From: Paraphysomonas bandaiensis
Taxonomy: Eukaryota; Protista; Chrysophyceae
DNA: 64,000 nucleotides
Reading direction: 5' to 3'
NCBI GenBank assembly: GCA_965644295.1
Contig: CBFFRP010000437.1
Coordinates: 23,107-87,106, forward strand
The notes beneath the pieces are model-generated. The model saw nothing but the letters and a program-made list of their open reading frames with translations. It searched no databases and was not told the DNA's origin. Below, piece by piece: positions 12,760 to 25,239 of this stretch. How positions within the stretch are numbered: position 1 is the stretch's first letter; each line of letters begins with the position of its first letter. Both the position numbers and the translations under genes were made by a program.

Positions 12760-13738
12760 AATATAGATATTGCAATTATATATTCTTGCTTGCTACAAAA
12801 AATATATAATATATATATTATTGTATTGATTATTATTTTAGCAAAATTTGGCCTCTCGCAATATATTGCAATATTATATTGATAATAAAATATATTATAT
12901 TGCTGATATTATATATGCTAATGTGTCTTAGAAAATATACTTGATTAATCATAAACGACTCTTCATAATCACATAACTCATCTATACTATTCTAACATCG
13001 AACAATTATAATAACAACCTGCAACGAAGAACACAATTCATGTTCAATATTACAAATCGTACTGTCTGTCTCTCTGTCAAGCTATTCATCTAATAGTAAA
13101 CTCCAAACTGCTTAAATTGATGCTGTCATCCTCACAGATATATATGTTTTTCTTATAACCTGTAATGGAATGTCAGTCTAAACTATTCGATTAGGGATAG
13201 GGTTAGGGCCATCGAAGAGGCTAATGTAATAAACACTGCTGCTGCATTTGAAAGCCACAGAGCTACTAAGAAGTTACAGCTACAGCTTGACACCCACCAG
13301 TATGATCGACCAAGTATGTATTCAGTACAACAAACGTTGTGGAGCGTTTGTTCAGCAGAACCAAGGTTATTATGACACACTTGCGACAAGGAATGACCCC
13401 ATGACGCCTCGAACTGCTGCTGTTAATTTGCTGCAACAAGCACTTTTGGACCGCAAAAAGACAGTGCAACAGGTCATCGATTATGGACTGTCCGATTATA
13501 AGAATGAGGACGACAGTGACGAAGAGTTGGAACACTTTTAGAGTACTAGTTGCTGCATTGTTATTGGATTTTCATCGTTATGTTGTAACCTCTACTAACT
13601 AGTTACTACCCATCGATCTCATTTCTTCTTCTTAGCGCCCAATATATATCAATATATTGCAATATATTACAACATATATAATAATTATAATTATTATTAT
13701 TATTATTGCTTGCCATATATTGTTGACGACTGGCCCTG
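12760..13738 (+). mobile_element. hAT family B internally deleted copy (left subterminal region, possible transposase 3' remnant, right TIR)
   Basis: 12830-13180 matches 19130-19465. ORF 13248-13541 has QYNKR and an acidic tail. Ends TTGTTGACGACTGGCCCTG. Left TIR not found. Confidence 0.65.
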
Positions 13739-14056
13739 ATCATATGAGCCTCCTTTCTAGCTTTTACACTTCACACATTGTTTATCACTGCCCTATGGTT
13801 TTCAAAACACAAACTACCATTTCAAGATTCCTATATCACAAGTGTAAGTATAAAGTTCAGCTGTTTAATTTACTCCAACCATCTAATGTCAGTTTCGAAT
13901 ACTTTCAATTTAAAAGTTGATTAGATAGTTATGATATATGATTTGTCTCAAGATCTGTTGTACTACTTTCCCACAGTTACCTTCCAAGCTCTAATTATAT
14001 AATTACTAAATTGTTTTATAATAACATCTATGCGCCTTAGCAGCAACATTCGTAAT

Positions 14057-16844
14057 TTACATTCTAGATATGCGCTCGAGGTCTTCCTGTGTTAATTCCC
14101 TTCCTTCCACGCCATCGAATGTCCCTCGCTGTTGAGGCCTCGAAGTTCGTCGCCTTCTCTGCTGTGTTTCGTCATGAAAGTCCTGTGGAGCCAGTCGAAA
14201 TTCTTCTTCGTCAGCTTTTGGTTTATTACTGATTGTAATGACCGTCAAAAGAATTCCCATTACAAGCAACGCAACGGATAGGACAATAATAACATCTCTG
14301 ACATCCTTGCCAATTCCAGTTGACGAGGAATTATGCGTGCTATCTGATGTCTTATTCACTTGTGCTTCCACCACTTCACCTGATATGACTGATACATGCG
14401 TGAAACTAGCATAACATAACAGAGCACTTACCGATAGCATACGGCTGACTACTACTTAAAGAGGTTGCGCTAACCTCAACGACATATGTAGTATTAGGAA
14501 GAGGAGAGTCAATAACAACCATCTCGACATTATTGATATCAGAGTCGTCGTTGTTAAGCGGAAAGAGTGTTTCTGTTGGGCTGTAGACCCTCAATGTGAG
14601 GTCGTTAACGAGGATCACAGAAGCACCCACTGTACCAATCTCATCAGTATACGCCAGTGTGACTCGGACGGTTGGCTGGGTAGCTTCAAGACCAGTCGAA
14701 AACGTATACGTATCTACCTGCCCGGCGGAATCTATAGACACATACAGCGGACTGGATGGATCAGACGCTCCACGGACAAAGAGAGTGATTGGATCAGAAG
14801 AAGAGACTCCGAAATTTAGGACAGTGCTGAGCCTGATCTTTCCATAGCCCTAAAGAGAAGGTGAGTTCTAGTACACCACGACGGAAATACAGTACCTGCA
14901 CATTAGAGGGGTATCCCCCGGTGGACAGCTGGTAAGCACCACTGCTGTCAGTGAATGTGGAAGACTCCATACTCTGACCAGACTGTATTAGCATAGCCTT
15001 GATAAGGGCTCCAGACGGGGAGAAAGCATCTCCGGTATTGCGGCTGCCGGACGGATACCATCCATCCCCAAAGTACTGCTGTACCAAAATTGCGGAACCT
15101 GCTGCGGTGGGTGTTGCCATCGAAGTGCCCTTCAATGCGGCTACCTCACAGTGCTCTGGGTCTGCACCAGCTATCGCCTTCGCTGCATTGGTAAACCACC
15201 CTGTGTCAATGAAAGAAAATAAGCCCGCCCAAATCATATAGGCAGTCCTTCTTACCTGGCGCCGCAAGGTCGGGCTTCAACCTGCCGTCTTGTGTAGGTC
15301 CCTGAGACGAGAAACCAGCCATAAAGTCAGCCCCGTAGAAGTCTTTGTCAACGTCCGGACCCGCAATTGCCTTCCAGCTGTTGTGCGAGTTCATGCTGGC
15401 CCCAACGCATATGCCATTCTTATTCGTGGCAGGAGATCCCACAGTGTTTGCTCCATTATCGCCACTATTGCCACCTGCAAACAGTACTGCACACAATTTG
15501 AAACTAAATCTTTGTCAATCTCATACTCATACCTAGAGCATCCATATTAACCCGCATGAAGCTATCGACTGCACGAGCATCTGTTGTGTACCGATTCGCA
15601 GTAGAGCTAGTAGATCCCCATGAGTGCGATGACACTTTAGCGCCAACATCATATAGCTTCTTCAACAGCCCATCGTTCAAATCAGAGGGAGTTGAAAGAG
15701 ACTGTTAACATAATAAACTCATAAAAAGTGAGCATTCAATCACATACCCCGCTGATAGTTTCCCCAATGTCGAAGAAGGCAATCTTAGCATCCACAGCAT
15801 TTCCATCATATGCACTGTAGTCTCCATAGGGAATGCTGGATTTCCCAGCTGCTGATGAGGAAACGTGTGTACCATGTCCTTCTGAATCATCCGTATTATC
15901 AACAAACGTATTATAATATACAACTTTTCTGTGATTGTAGTTAATGACGTCGTAAGGAGGAGCCACGGTGGGGTCATAAAATTGGCAATGATTCATATCG
16001 ATACCAGTGTCGGATACGCCCACAATGTAACCTGTCCCAGATATATTAATACTGAAAAGTGGTGTGTAGTCATCATCTCCAGTCTGGCAGAGCCCAGCGG
16101 CCCATCTATTGCTTGTTGTGAAGGGCAAGCGTTGTTCGATCCAGAGTACTTGTGGCAACTTCGATACCCGTCGAAGCGCTTCCACAATGGATCCACATGA
16201 TACCACTACAGAAGCAATACTCTCTTTCTGCGATCGCAAATGTGAAACGTCAACAGCCATGTCAATACCTGACGCAGTAGTTTTCAGAGCGTCCATCACG
16301 ACTTCCAATTCGTCCAGTGACACTGGCGCGATTGTGACAAGCAGCGTCACTGTCTCCCCAGAACAGGACGTTAAGAGCGAATGCGTGTCTCTCTCAATCT
16401 TAAGAGCTGGTAACATTGGAACAACATCAACGACAATGTCTCCATATTTTGATTTAATTTTCTTAATGGTGCCAGTGGTTGCTAGGATCTGCGCATATTC
16501 CGGAGAAATGATGCTGTGTCCGGTAACGTCATCAGCGGACTTCAATATGCTGTGACATCGAATACCACATTTCTTAACAAATTGAACAACAAAAGGATGT
16601 TTGGAAGAGTGATGCTTGTAGTCATCCCGAGAAATGAGGTCCATATATTTATCGTGTGCTACTGATATATCAACATCTCCTGCAAAATGAAATCTGAAAT
16701 AATGTCACCCTAATTACATCAAACGAATCGTGTGTGAACTGTATACCTTGCATCGTTCTGAAATATCGAATTCCACTGAGAGAGTTGTCTGATGGCAAAT
16801 ATATGGGTAAGTAATAAGCAGTAAACCAGAGCAGATAGCGACAT
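14057..16844 (-). CDS. Multi-exon S8 subtilisin-like serine protease (KP-43/TagC-like), predicted type I membrane protein
   Basis: ATG at 16844 (MSLSALVYCLLLTHIFA). Motifs VGVSDTGID, GHGTHVSS, FAGGN, SSQGPTQDGRLKPDLAAPG, GTSMATP, NDLTL..NNVEMV. TM helix VIIVLSVALLVMGILLTVITI followed by a cytosolic tail. Confidence 0.92.
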
Positions 16845-18021
16845 CTCTCAGGAAAATAAATGGAGGTACTAAGGGGCTTTGGATGGGTCTTAAATGAAAT
16901 TGTTATGCACAGTATGGGTCATATAATATAGTGGTCAGAGTATAACACTGACTGGCTGACCTCGACCTTACAAGCTTATAAGTATATACTTCGTAATAAA
17001 TTTAATGCTTTAAAATAATAATGGATGTAATTGGATATAAAGTACGTATTCTCAGGGAAACAGAGCGGCAAAACCCCAAATTATTATTGAGTAATACAGC
17101 AGTTCAACACAATTTCGGTATCAAAAAAACTCCACTTTTGGGTTTAACTGGAGGTTTATGAAATTTTTGGCTGGACGAGAAGAATATTATTCGACGATTC
17201 GGAGGGTCGTATACCATGGTATACCCTATATCTAGATATCAGATATATGTATACATATATTCTTTTTTTTATAAATATACGACGTACAATACACATCTAC
17301 ACATACGTTTAAAGTTGAACTGAAAACACACAATACAAAATCTCAACAACTAAACAGACAGTTCGAGTACTTAGTAACCGCAGCTCTCTTCCGCTTTCCT
17401 ACAATCACATTCTTTGACTCTACATTTCCACCTTCCCATTCAATAATTGAGGGCAATAAATGGCCATCGTCCTTAATGTCAAGTTCTAATTCTAATACTA
17501 TGTCCTTATTATACTATATAGTAAATAATTGCAATTTGATTGCAACTTTCCAGCGAGCAATTAAAAATTGCAATTATTACGTATATTATCATAAGTCTGT
17601 GGCGCGACCAAACCTGAAGGTCAAATGGGGGCCACCTGCTGGTCAAATAACTACTATTTTGCTACTATTGAGAAAGTTAATGATAATAACGAAGAGGCTG
17701 CAATATAGAGACTTGGCAATGCCGGGTGTCATGTAGGAAAAGGTGTTTCGAAGCGAAAGAAGGGTTATGTGGGTAGAGCAACCTGTCGCAGCATGCCATC
17801 ACACATGATGGACGAAAAGATAAAGTTTTGGCTGCCTAGCGAGGTGGTGGTGCGGTTGATAAATATGTCGAGCGCAAGTATTACCTCAAGCTCGACCTCC
17901 GCGACGTTCGGATATTGTTTGAGGAATTCACCATAAGGCACCCGAACCATAAGGCACCCGATTATCGAGCGTCACCTGGGCGACAATAATGTTGTTGGAT
18001 ATCCGAGTTAATCACTGACTC

Positions 18022-18364
18022 TTAAAAGCCTATATTGCTAATAATAAGACATTCACTACTACTATCTACCTATAGATAGATGCTAACGCACATTGCCATC
18101 TATATAGCTATATAGTACGTGCAGGTGCTAGCGCACATTATCTAAGTAAGGTACCGGACAGATATAGCCTATCTACCTAATAGTACCACTCAGATAAAGA
18201 CTGTGCCTGTCTTGTCACCGCATGGTTATTTCCAGCGGTACATAGTACGGCTTCAGCCTTTAGACAGTACAACGATAAACTATATTGACTATCAGTGTAT
18301 ACTTGCGTATTGTATGAGGAATGCCATATATATTGAAAGTCTTATTATTAGCAATAGGCATTAA
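18022..18364. mobile_element. MITE-like element with ~30-bp imperfect TIRs, flanked by TTAA on both sides
   Basis: TTAA-AAGCCTATATTGCTAATAATAAGACATTCA ... TGAAAGTCTTATTATTAGCAATAGGCA-TTAA. A second copy of the left TIR lies at ~11945-11990. Confidence 0.6.
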
Positions 18365-18446
18365 AAACCTGCCCCAACTTAGTAGCTAGATGAATGCTAG
18401 ACAAACTAGCTAGACCTCAACCTGTAACTAATCAGTACACACTTTT

Positions 18447-18792
18447 TTATCCTACTATTTAACGCTACGGAAGCTGCTTGTGCGTCGCCGCAAGCACCAA
18501 GGTCGACCACTTCCGCTCTGAGTTCTCAAGGTGAACATCCCGGATGCTTGACTTCAGCAGGCAGCCCAGTACCCCGGTTACCCTTCAGGTGGCCCTGTCC
18601 CGGATGCCCTTGAGGTGGGCCCATTCCCGGATGCCTGTTTATTTGTCAGGACCCAAAGACGTCTACACAAGTGACACTTATTGGTGTTACCACACAAGCA
18701 TTCGGCCATGAGTGGGCAGAAGAATATCTGCTGACTATGTTTGCGGCTCATGTTAGTTTCTAAGAGAGAATCTCTCCGGTACTTATACCCCA
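18447..18792 (-). mobile_element. SINE-like dispersed repeat, second copy (partial third copy at ~19660-19730)
   Basis: Reverse complement of 11570-11892, with an internal duplication of CCC..AGGTGG(G)CCC..CCCGGATGCC. Confidence 0.55.
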
Positions 18793-20784
18793 GAACACCA
18801 CGAAAAGGTGCGAGTCCGACTTTGTTGAGGGGAGGAATGCCATAATAAACGAAACAGCGAAATAAAATGAGTAATCTGATACTGTATTTCCTGAGAGTCT
18901 ACTGCTTATATATATTATACTCCATAACAACATCCTAATATAAGAATACCTTATTATTATAACAACATGATAACGCAGGGCCAGTCAAAATATAATGGAC
19001 AGCTCAAAATATGGTGTAACACGCGATTTAAATCGAGCAACACCCAGCGAAAGCCACGGGTCCTCCGCTTACCCTTCCCACACTCTATATATACATATTG
19101 CAATTAATTATTTTTGCTTGTGATGCAATAATATATTATTATTTTAGCAAAGTGTGGCCTCGTAATAATATATTGCAATATATATATTGATATATATATA
19201 TACTTGCTCATGCTACTGTGTCTTAGAAAATATACTTGATTAATCATAAACGACTCTTCACAATAATCACATAACTCATCTACTATTCAAACATCATAAT
19301 AATACCTACCTGCAACGAAGAACACAAGTCATGTTCAATATTACAAATCGTACTGTCAAGCTATTCACCTAATATAATAAACTCCAAACTGAGTTTAAAT
19401 TGATGCTGTCATCCTCATACAAATATGTTTTTCTTATAACCTGTAATAGAATGCCAGTCCAAACAGTCAGTAATCAAGTGCCAGTAAAATGATCATCATA
19501 TCTGCCCAAACTATAATAATAATACTAAACTATTACTGTACAGTATATACGGTTCCAAACTATTCGGGCATCATCTCTTCTTTCGTATAATATAATATAT
19601 ATGTGCAATATGTATGTACAAAAATATCAGTTGAGTGTGGCACTTACAGTAGTACTATATGGGTAACCGGGGTATTGGGCTGCCTGCTGAAGATAAGCAT
19701 CCGGGATGTTCAAAAAATCTGAAGTCAGCAGATGTCAGGTATATCAACATTCTGCTTGCTCAGTGCGTTTACTTTGAGTGATTGATGCCGAGTATGAGTT
19801 CACAGTATTCGGTATCTGTGTGGCCAATGACCGAGAATATGCGTCAAACTTTCCTCATGGATGCATGATTGCAATAATGGCAATGTGATTAGACCTGTCA
19901 TGTCTTCTCACACGTCTACTGCCTATTCTTGGTTTCTCCTGACCCAGGTCATTGAGATTATATCAAGGCTCTGGCACTGTTCTCCAAGCAGTGTCAGGTA
20001 CATTTGCGTGTGCTTTTATGTTATTCTTACTCTCATTTGTACGTTTCATCCGAGCGGAGAACGTGCATGGTTATTTCTACTATATAGTGTAAGTCAGTCG
20101 CGAGAAGAGTGCAAGGTGGATGCATGTGCTGGACGAGTGTACATTTATTTAATGAATGGAAGACATTGAAGTCAGCTTGAATTTGTAACAGATTTTGGTA
20201 GACATCTGTTTCATGCGTCGTGAGACCGTTCGTGACCGTAAGTCGAGGTAATACCAAAACCTGGTGAAGCAATTTCACCAGGTTTCATATTATATATATA
20301 TTATATATATAAGTATTGAGTTATTATTTTACTGTAATTTGTATCTGAGAGGTTAAAGATAAAGTCGCAAGTATAATTGTTATTAGCAGTATTTATTGCG
20401 TTACAAGTTGGCCCTGCTACTTGTGTTTAGTTTTGTAATATATCATATTCTCATAAAATATAGCTATATCTGCCTCGCTTGAGCCTGATTTTGGATACAT
20501 TGCATACGCATAATATATATATATATATATAGCTATCTTCACCACTACTACTTACAGTAGTATTAGTACCTATGCTCGGAAACGACGCGGCAACAGCCGC
20601 TGGGGGCACATTACTAGTAGGTGGATAATCATAAGCAGTTGGAGGATCATCCGCAGGTAGTAGTGGATCATCATTATTTCTTCTCATAAAACGATCACGT
20701 AGTTCTGCTAGACCGGACATCAATTCCTGACGAAGTTCAGCAACAGTGGGAGGTATCAGATCTGCTTTCTGCTGGGATTCAACG

Positions 20785-21440
20785 GCCCCGTCATCATCTT
20801 TATGAGCAGTATTACTTACCCTGCTCGTGCGCTTTCGTGGTATCTCTTCCTCCGCCTCCGGGTCGTCGTTGGATATTATGTCGCCACGAATGTTGACGAC
20901 GACATTCTTCTTCCCGTTGCACTCCTCCTACACATCATATACATACACTGTTAGTACACAGTGCATAGTAACAACAACACACAACAATAATCAGAATAAT
21001 ATACCGCATATTATATACGAAATACGACCCCGTCACTATCTTTATAAACAGTATTACTTACCCTGCTCGTGCGCTTTTCGTGGTATCTCTTCCTCCGCCT
21101 CCGGGTCGTCGTGGGATATGTTGCCACGAATGTTGACGACGACATTAATTCTTCTTCCCGTTGCACTTCTCCTACACCATCATAATATATATTATATACA
21201 TACACTGTTAGTACAGTGTATATATAGTAACAACACACAACAATAATCAGAATAATATACCGCATATTATATACAAAATACGACCCCGTCACTATCTTTA
21301 TAAACAGTATTACTTAATACCCTGCTCGTGCGCTTTTCGTGGTAGTATCTCTTCCTCCGCCTCCGGGTCGTCGTTGGATATAATATGTCGCCACGAATGT
21401 TGACGACGACATTCTTCTTCCCGATGCACTTCTCCCACGG
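20785..21440. repeat. Tandem repeat, about 2.6 copies of a ~240-255-bp unit
   Basis: CCCCGTCA..CAGTATTACTTA..CCCTGCTCGTGCGCTTT..GGTATCTCTTCCTCCGCCTCCGGGTCGTCG recurs at ~20786, 21027 and 21283. Confidence 0.9.
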
Positions 21441-22227
21441 TGGGAGGACCCCGGCACTAGTAGAGCTACTCCACTCTCCCCTCCAGACAACCTGCTGCAG
21501 TGAACACCACCTTGAAGAGGGCCTAAAAGTCTGCCGCATAATATACAGGAGACATATATATATATGCCGAAGACACCGACCGCAAGTTGTTTGTGTTAGG
21601 ACAAGTAGATTGGGCATGAGCGTATGAGTGTTACACGCAACTCGTTGTATGCCCATGTAGCTAACTAAGTCGTGTTGTGTATAGTTGAGCACTTTTTCCG
21701 GTGCATGCACCAGTAACTACAGATGAGAGTCCTTCTATGCTTAGTGTCGCGTGAGTTGTTAGTAGGTTGGTTGCTGCAACAACGCACAAGCTTGCGCTTC
21801 TTCTTAATAATCAGATTTTCAATTATACTAACACCACTACTACGTAGTTACTACCGATCGAGCTCATTTCTTCTTCTTTCTTCTTACCGCCGAATATATA
21901 ATATCAAGATAATATACTATATTGCAATAAGTAAACAATATAATATTATGCAAACGTGGGAAAAGAATTTCCACATTCTTGACGTGCATTCCTTGTTGTT
22001 AAAACTAGCTAGTTACTAGAGTGCTAATAAATTGTTCTCTGCATTTGTATTGATATAATAATATAATATAATAATATTATATTATTGACTAATATGGAAA
22101 ATTAATATTATTTTCAGTATAAATATGGGCTCAACTAACCGTTTGACTACTATATGTACGTGAATGAGCTACAAAAACTAGTTCTAGCTAGTTAGGCATT
22201 ATTGTATAAACATAACACCACATAATC

Positions 22228-22495
22228 ATGTTGTATCGAGAGATATAGTAGTGTATCACGTGTATGTATGTGTAGGCGTTGTGTGATGGCTATAATATGT
22301 TATTATACAGTTATGCTGCTGCTATATATGTGTGTTCTTTTGTGTAGCTGAGTGAATGTACGTATGCATAGCGGTACATTGTTATATATGCTACACTTGT
22401 GTTCTATCGTTGCGCAAAAGTGAATGCTAGGCTCATGTTGTGTCGAGACATTGTAGTGTATCACGTGTGTAGGCGTTGTGTGATGGCTATATGTT
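22228..22495. repeat. Direct duplication of a ~60-bp segment
   Basis: CATGTTGT.TCGAGA..TAGTGTATCACGTG..TGTAGGCGTTGTGTGATGGCTATA at ~22228 and ~22435. Confidence 0.75.
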
Positions 22496-23087
22496 GAACG
22501 TGTATTGGCGTTTTATTATCATGGCTATTACTGTGGTAGTAGTATTAGGGCAGACAACGTAGTTACTGGTAACAGAGGAAACGTGCTGTTGATGTGTCCT
22601 ATATAAGACCTAAATATTAATAAAAATATTTATTAACACTATACTATTGCATTCAAGCACTTTTAGAACCATTCTACAACAATTCTTAAAAGTCTCTAGT
22701 AAAATGTACTATATTTTCTCAAATTTTTGAAAATTTCCCACATTTGCATATTGTTTACTACTTAATATATATAATATATTGCAACATATTATTTAATAAT
22801 AATAGTTATTATAAGTCGATGGTAAGTAAAAACCTGGTCTAAGTACTAGAATCTGGTCAAACTACTACTTTTGTGTACGAATATGTAAAACGAACATGGA
22901 GAACGTGTTGTGATGAGTGCATATCGTCTTGGAATCGCTTTGTGTTACTGTGTTGCATTATATTTTAAAAGGATATTTTATTCTGGCCGTATTTCTGAGT
23001 ACTATAAGTGTAGTTACGTAACTACTTATAATCAATAATCATTATTGCTTTTTATAAAAACAAATTACATAATAATATATATATAAC

Positions 23088-23322
23088 ATAATATAACAAT
23101 TATCACTACCTTCGATTTCTTTTCCCACTGATAACAACATTAAAATACCATATATAATGTTCCTGTATCTCTCAATTTCTCACTCTCACTGACAATAACC
23201 ATTTCATAATATATAAACAATTATCACTACCTTCGCTTTCTTTTCCCAACGATCACATTACTACCATCTAATGCCCCTGTATCTTTCCATTTCTCACTCT
23301 CACTGACAATAACCATTTCATA
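23088..23322. repeat. Tandem duplication of a ~120-bp unit
   Basis: ACAATTATCACTACCTTCG..TTTCTTTTCCCA..TTTCTCACTCTCACTGACAATAACCATTTCATAA occurs twice. Confidence 0.85.
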
Positions 23323-23379
23323 AGTAGGTCGTCGTGTATTCTTTGAAGTTGTTCTGACAGTTTCTAGATTACAAAAAAG

Positions 23380-23697
23380 TTAATTAACACTAATAACTAT
23401 AACATGCGACGTACCTTTGCATGGCTTCAGAAATCGTTGTTTCACTCCTTCGTCTGTTCCATGCAATGCCTGAATGTACTTGATGTCGTAAGTGCCGTTC
23501 CTATTTACTGATTGCACAGTGGCAACTAGCCCATGAGTGGTTCTCACTTTCTGGCCCACTTCAAAACGAAGTTCACTGAAATTTACTCCACCACCATCCT
23601 CCAAATATTCAGTCAAGTCAGTCAAATCGTCTCCACATTCGTCGGAACTGTCATTGCAATCATCAGCAAGAAGTAGAAGAAGGGTTGAAAGCAGCAT
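23380..23697 (-). pseudogene. Gene fragment with a Tudor/Agenet-like beta-barrel inside the composite hAT element
   Basis: FEVGQKV...ATVQSVNRNGTYDIKY..G.DEGV...LKP pattern, preceded by an acidic linker. Confidence 0.45.
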
Positions 23698-25239
23698 TTG
23701 ATCTCAGCAGCAAGAAGAGGCTTAGAAAGCGAAAGGCCTCTGTTCGATTTGCGGATGAAAATTTCAGTTCTGGCACTGGCAAGAAACCGAGAAAAAAAGC
23801 AAACAAACCAAGTCAGCGTGCTGTTGCGGTACGTATATACAACTGAATTAATTTTGTTATAACTGACCATAAAATATCTTGTGTAATACAGAAGAAGGCT
23901 GTTAGTGCAGTTGCTGCAACGGAAAATGATGAGAGAGATCGTGGCGAAGATGATCCTGTTATCATTGTCAAGCCAGCAGAGCCAAAGCGTCAACATCAAG
24001 CAAGAAACACTCTTCCAAAGAAACCAGATATTCAAGAAGAATTGGAGGCCCAGAAACGGCGAACTGCTGAATTGGAGCAGTTGCTGATGAGTAAGACTCA
24101 GCCAACGAAAGCTTCTGCCCCTGCTGCTGTTGTGGGTGATAACTCTTTGTCTACGCAGACTACTGAAGTTCATCAGCGGACACCCTCTGCTGTAGGTCAC
24201 AGTTACGAAATGACTCAACCGCCAATTTCTCTTCATGCGATGAATGCGATTAGATATGTTGAAAATGTAAAATTTGCAGATGCATTGCGCATGGCAGATC
24301 AGAATGCCTACTTGCAGCGGGAAAATATTATTTTGAAACAGTCAATGTTTGGTAGTGGCAATCAGTAAGTAGTAGTAGTGATGTAACGATTTCGTAGTGA
24401 CATAATCTTATTATAATATAATAAATGTTTAGAATTAGTCCAATTATCGTGTTATTTGCTAGTATATACCAGACTTTCTCAAATATACCCTATATATATA
24501 GTACACATCACCTGGTCAAAGTACTTGACCAGGTTTTTACCTACCATCGACTTTATATTAGTCTTGAAAATATTATTATTATTTTTTTTGCTGGCAATAT
24601 ATTGCAATATATTGTTGACTGGCCCTGTGAGAACGCTTGTGACTAGAATCTATGTCTAGTGATGGATCACAATCGTCTCGGGACAACTAGGGATAGTTTG
24701 TAGAATACAAGGGGTTCTTTAGGAGTTGTATTGTGCTTTGAAAGCTGGCAATGAATGATAAGCGAGATTGATCATAATTCTTAACTCAAGCATTGAGTGT
24801 ACAACCTTACGTTCTGTTATTTAAGTCTGAACCACCTAATTATGTCAAATCCTGACAATATCTTCTGATTTGATCATGACTACTAGCTACCTCTCATCTT
24901 ATATTACATAATACTACCTACACTACTTCATCCATCTCCTTGTACCTTAATAGCTTTTCATAAATCACCCATTTTAGCTACAATAAAACTATCTTACTCT
25001 CAACTTGTGACTTACAATTGCGTCACCTCAAGCGTGAGAGCTCAAAAATCAATTATTAGTCATAAGGTAGTAACTCTAACATGACATCATAGATAGCAAC
25101 TTCTGTACGTGGCTACTACTTTACGAAACGTTAAAGTTGTAAGCTGGGAACGTACTGGTTATTGAGTGCGTACGGAAGAAATCTCAAAGAAGTACTATCT
25201 ATTGTGATAATCCAAACATGAAACCAACACGCGATTAAC

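Larger units (their letters stand above)
18976..24627 (+). mobile_element. 5.65-kb composite hAT family B element carrying cargo or nested DNA
   Basis: TIRs CAGGGCCAGTCAA...TTGACTGGCCCTG. Flanking 8-mers TGATAACG (18968-18975) and TGAGAACG (24628-24635) match at 7 of 8, consistent with a TSD. No intact transposase. Confidence 0.7.

Noticed and set aside
20785-21440. CRISPR-like repeat-spacer array
   Set aside because: The units are ~250 bp and the intervening parts are themselves repeated. No cas genes, and the context is eukaryotic.
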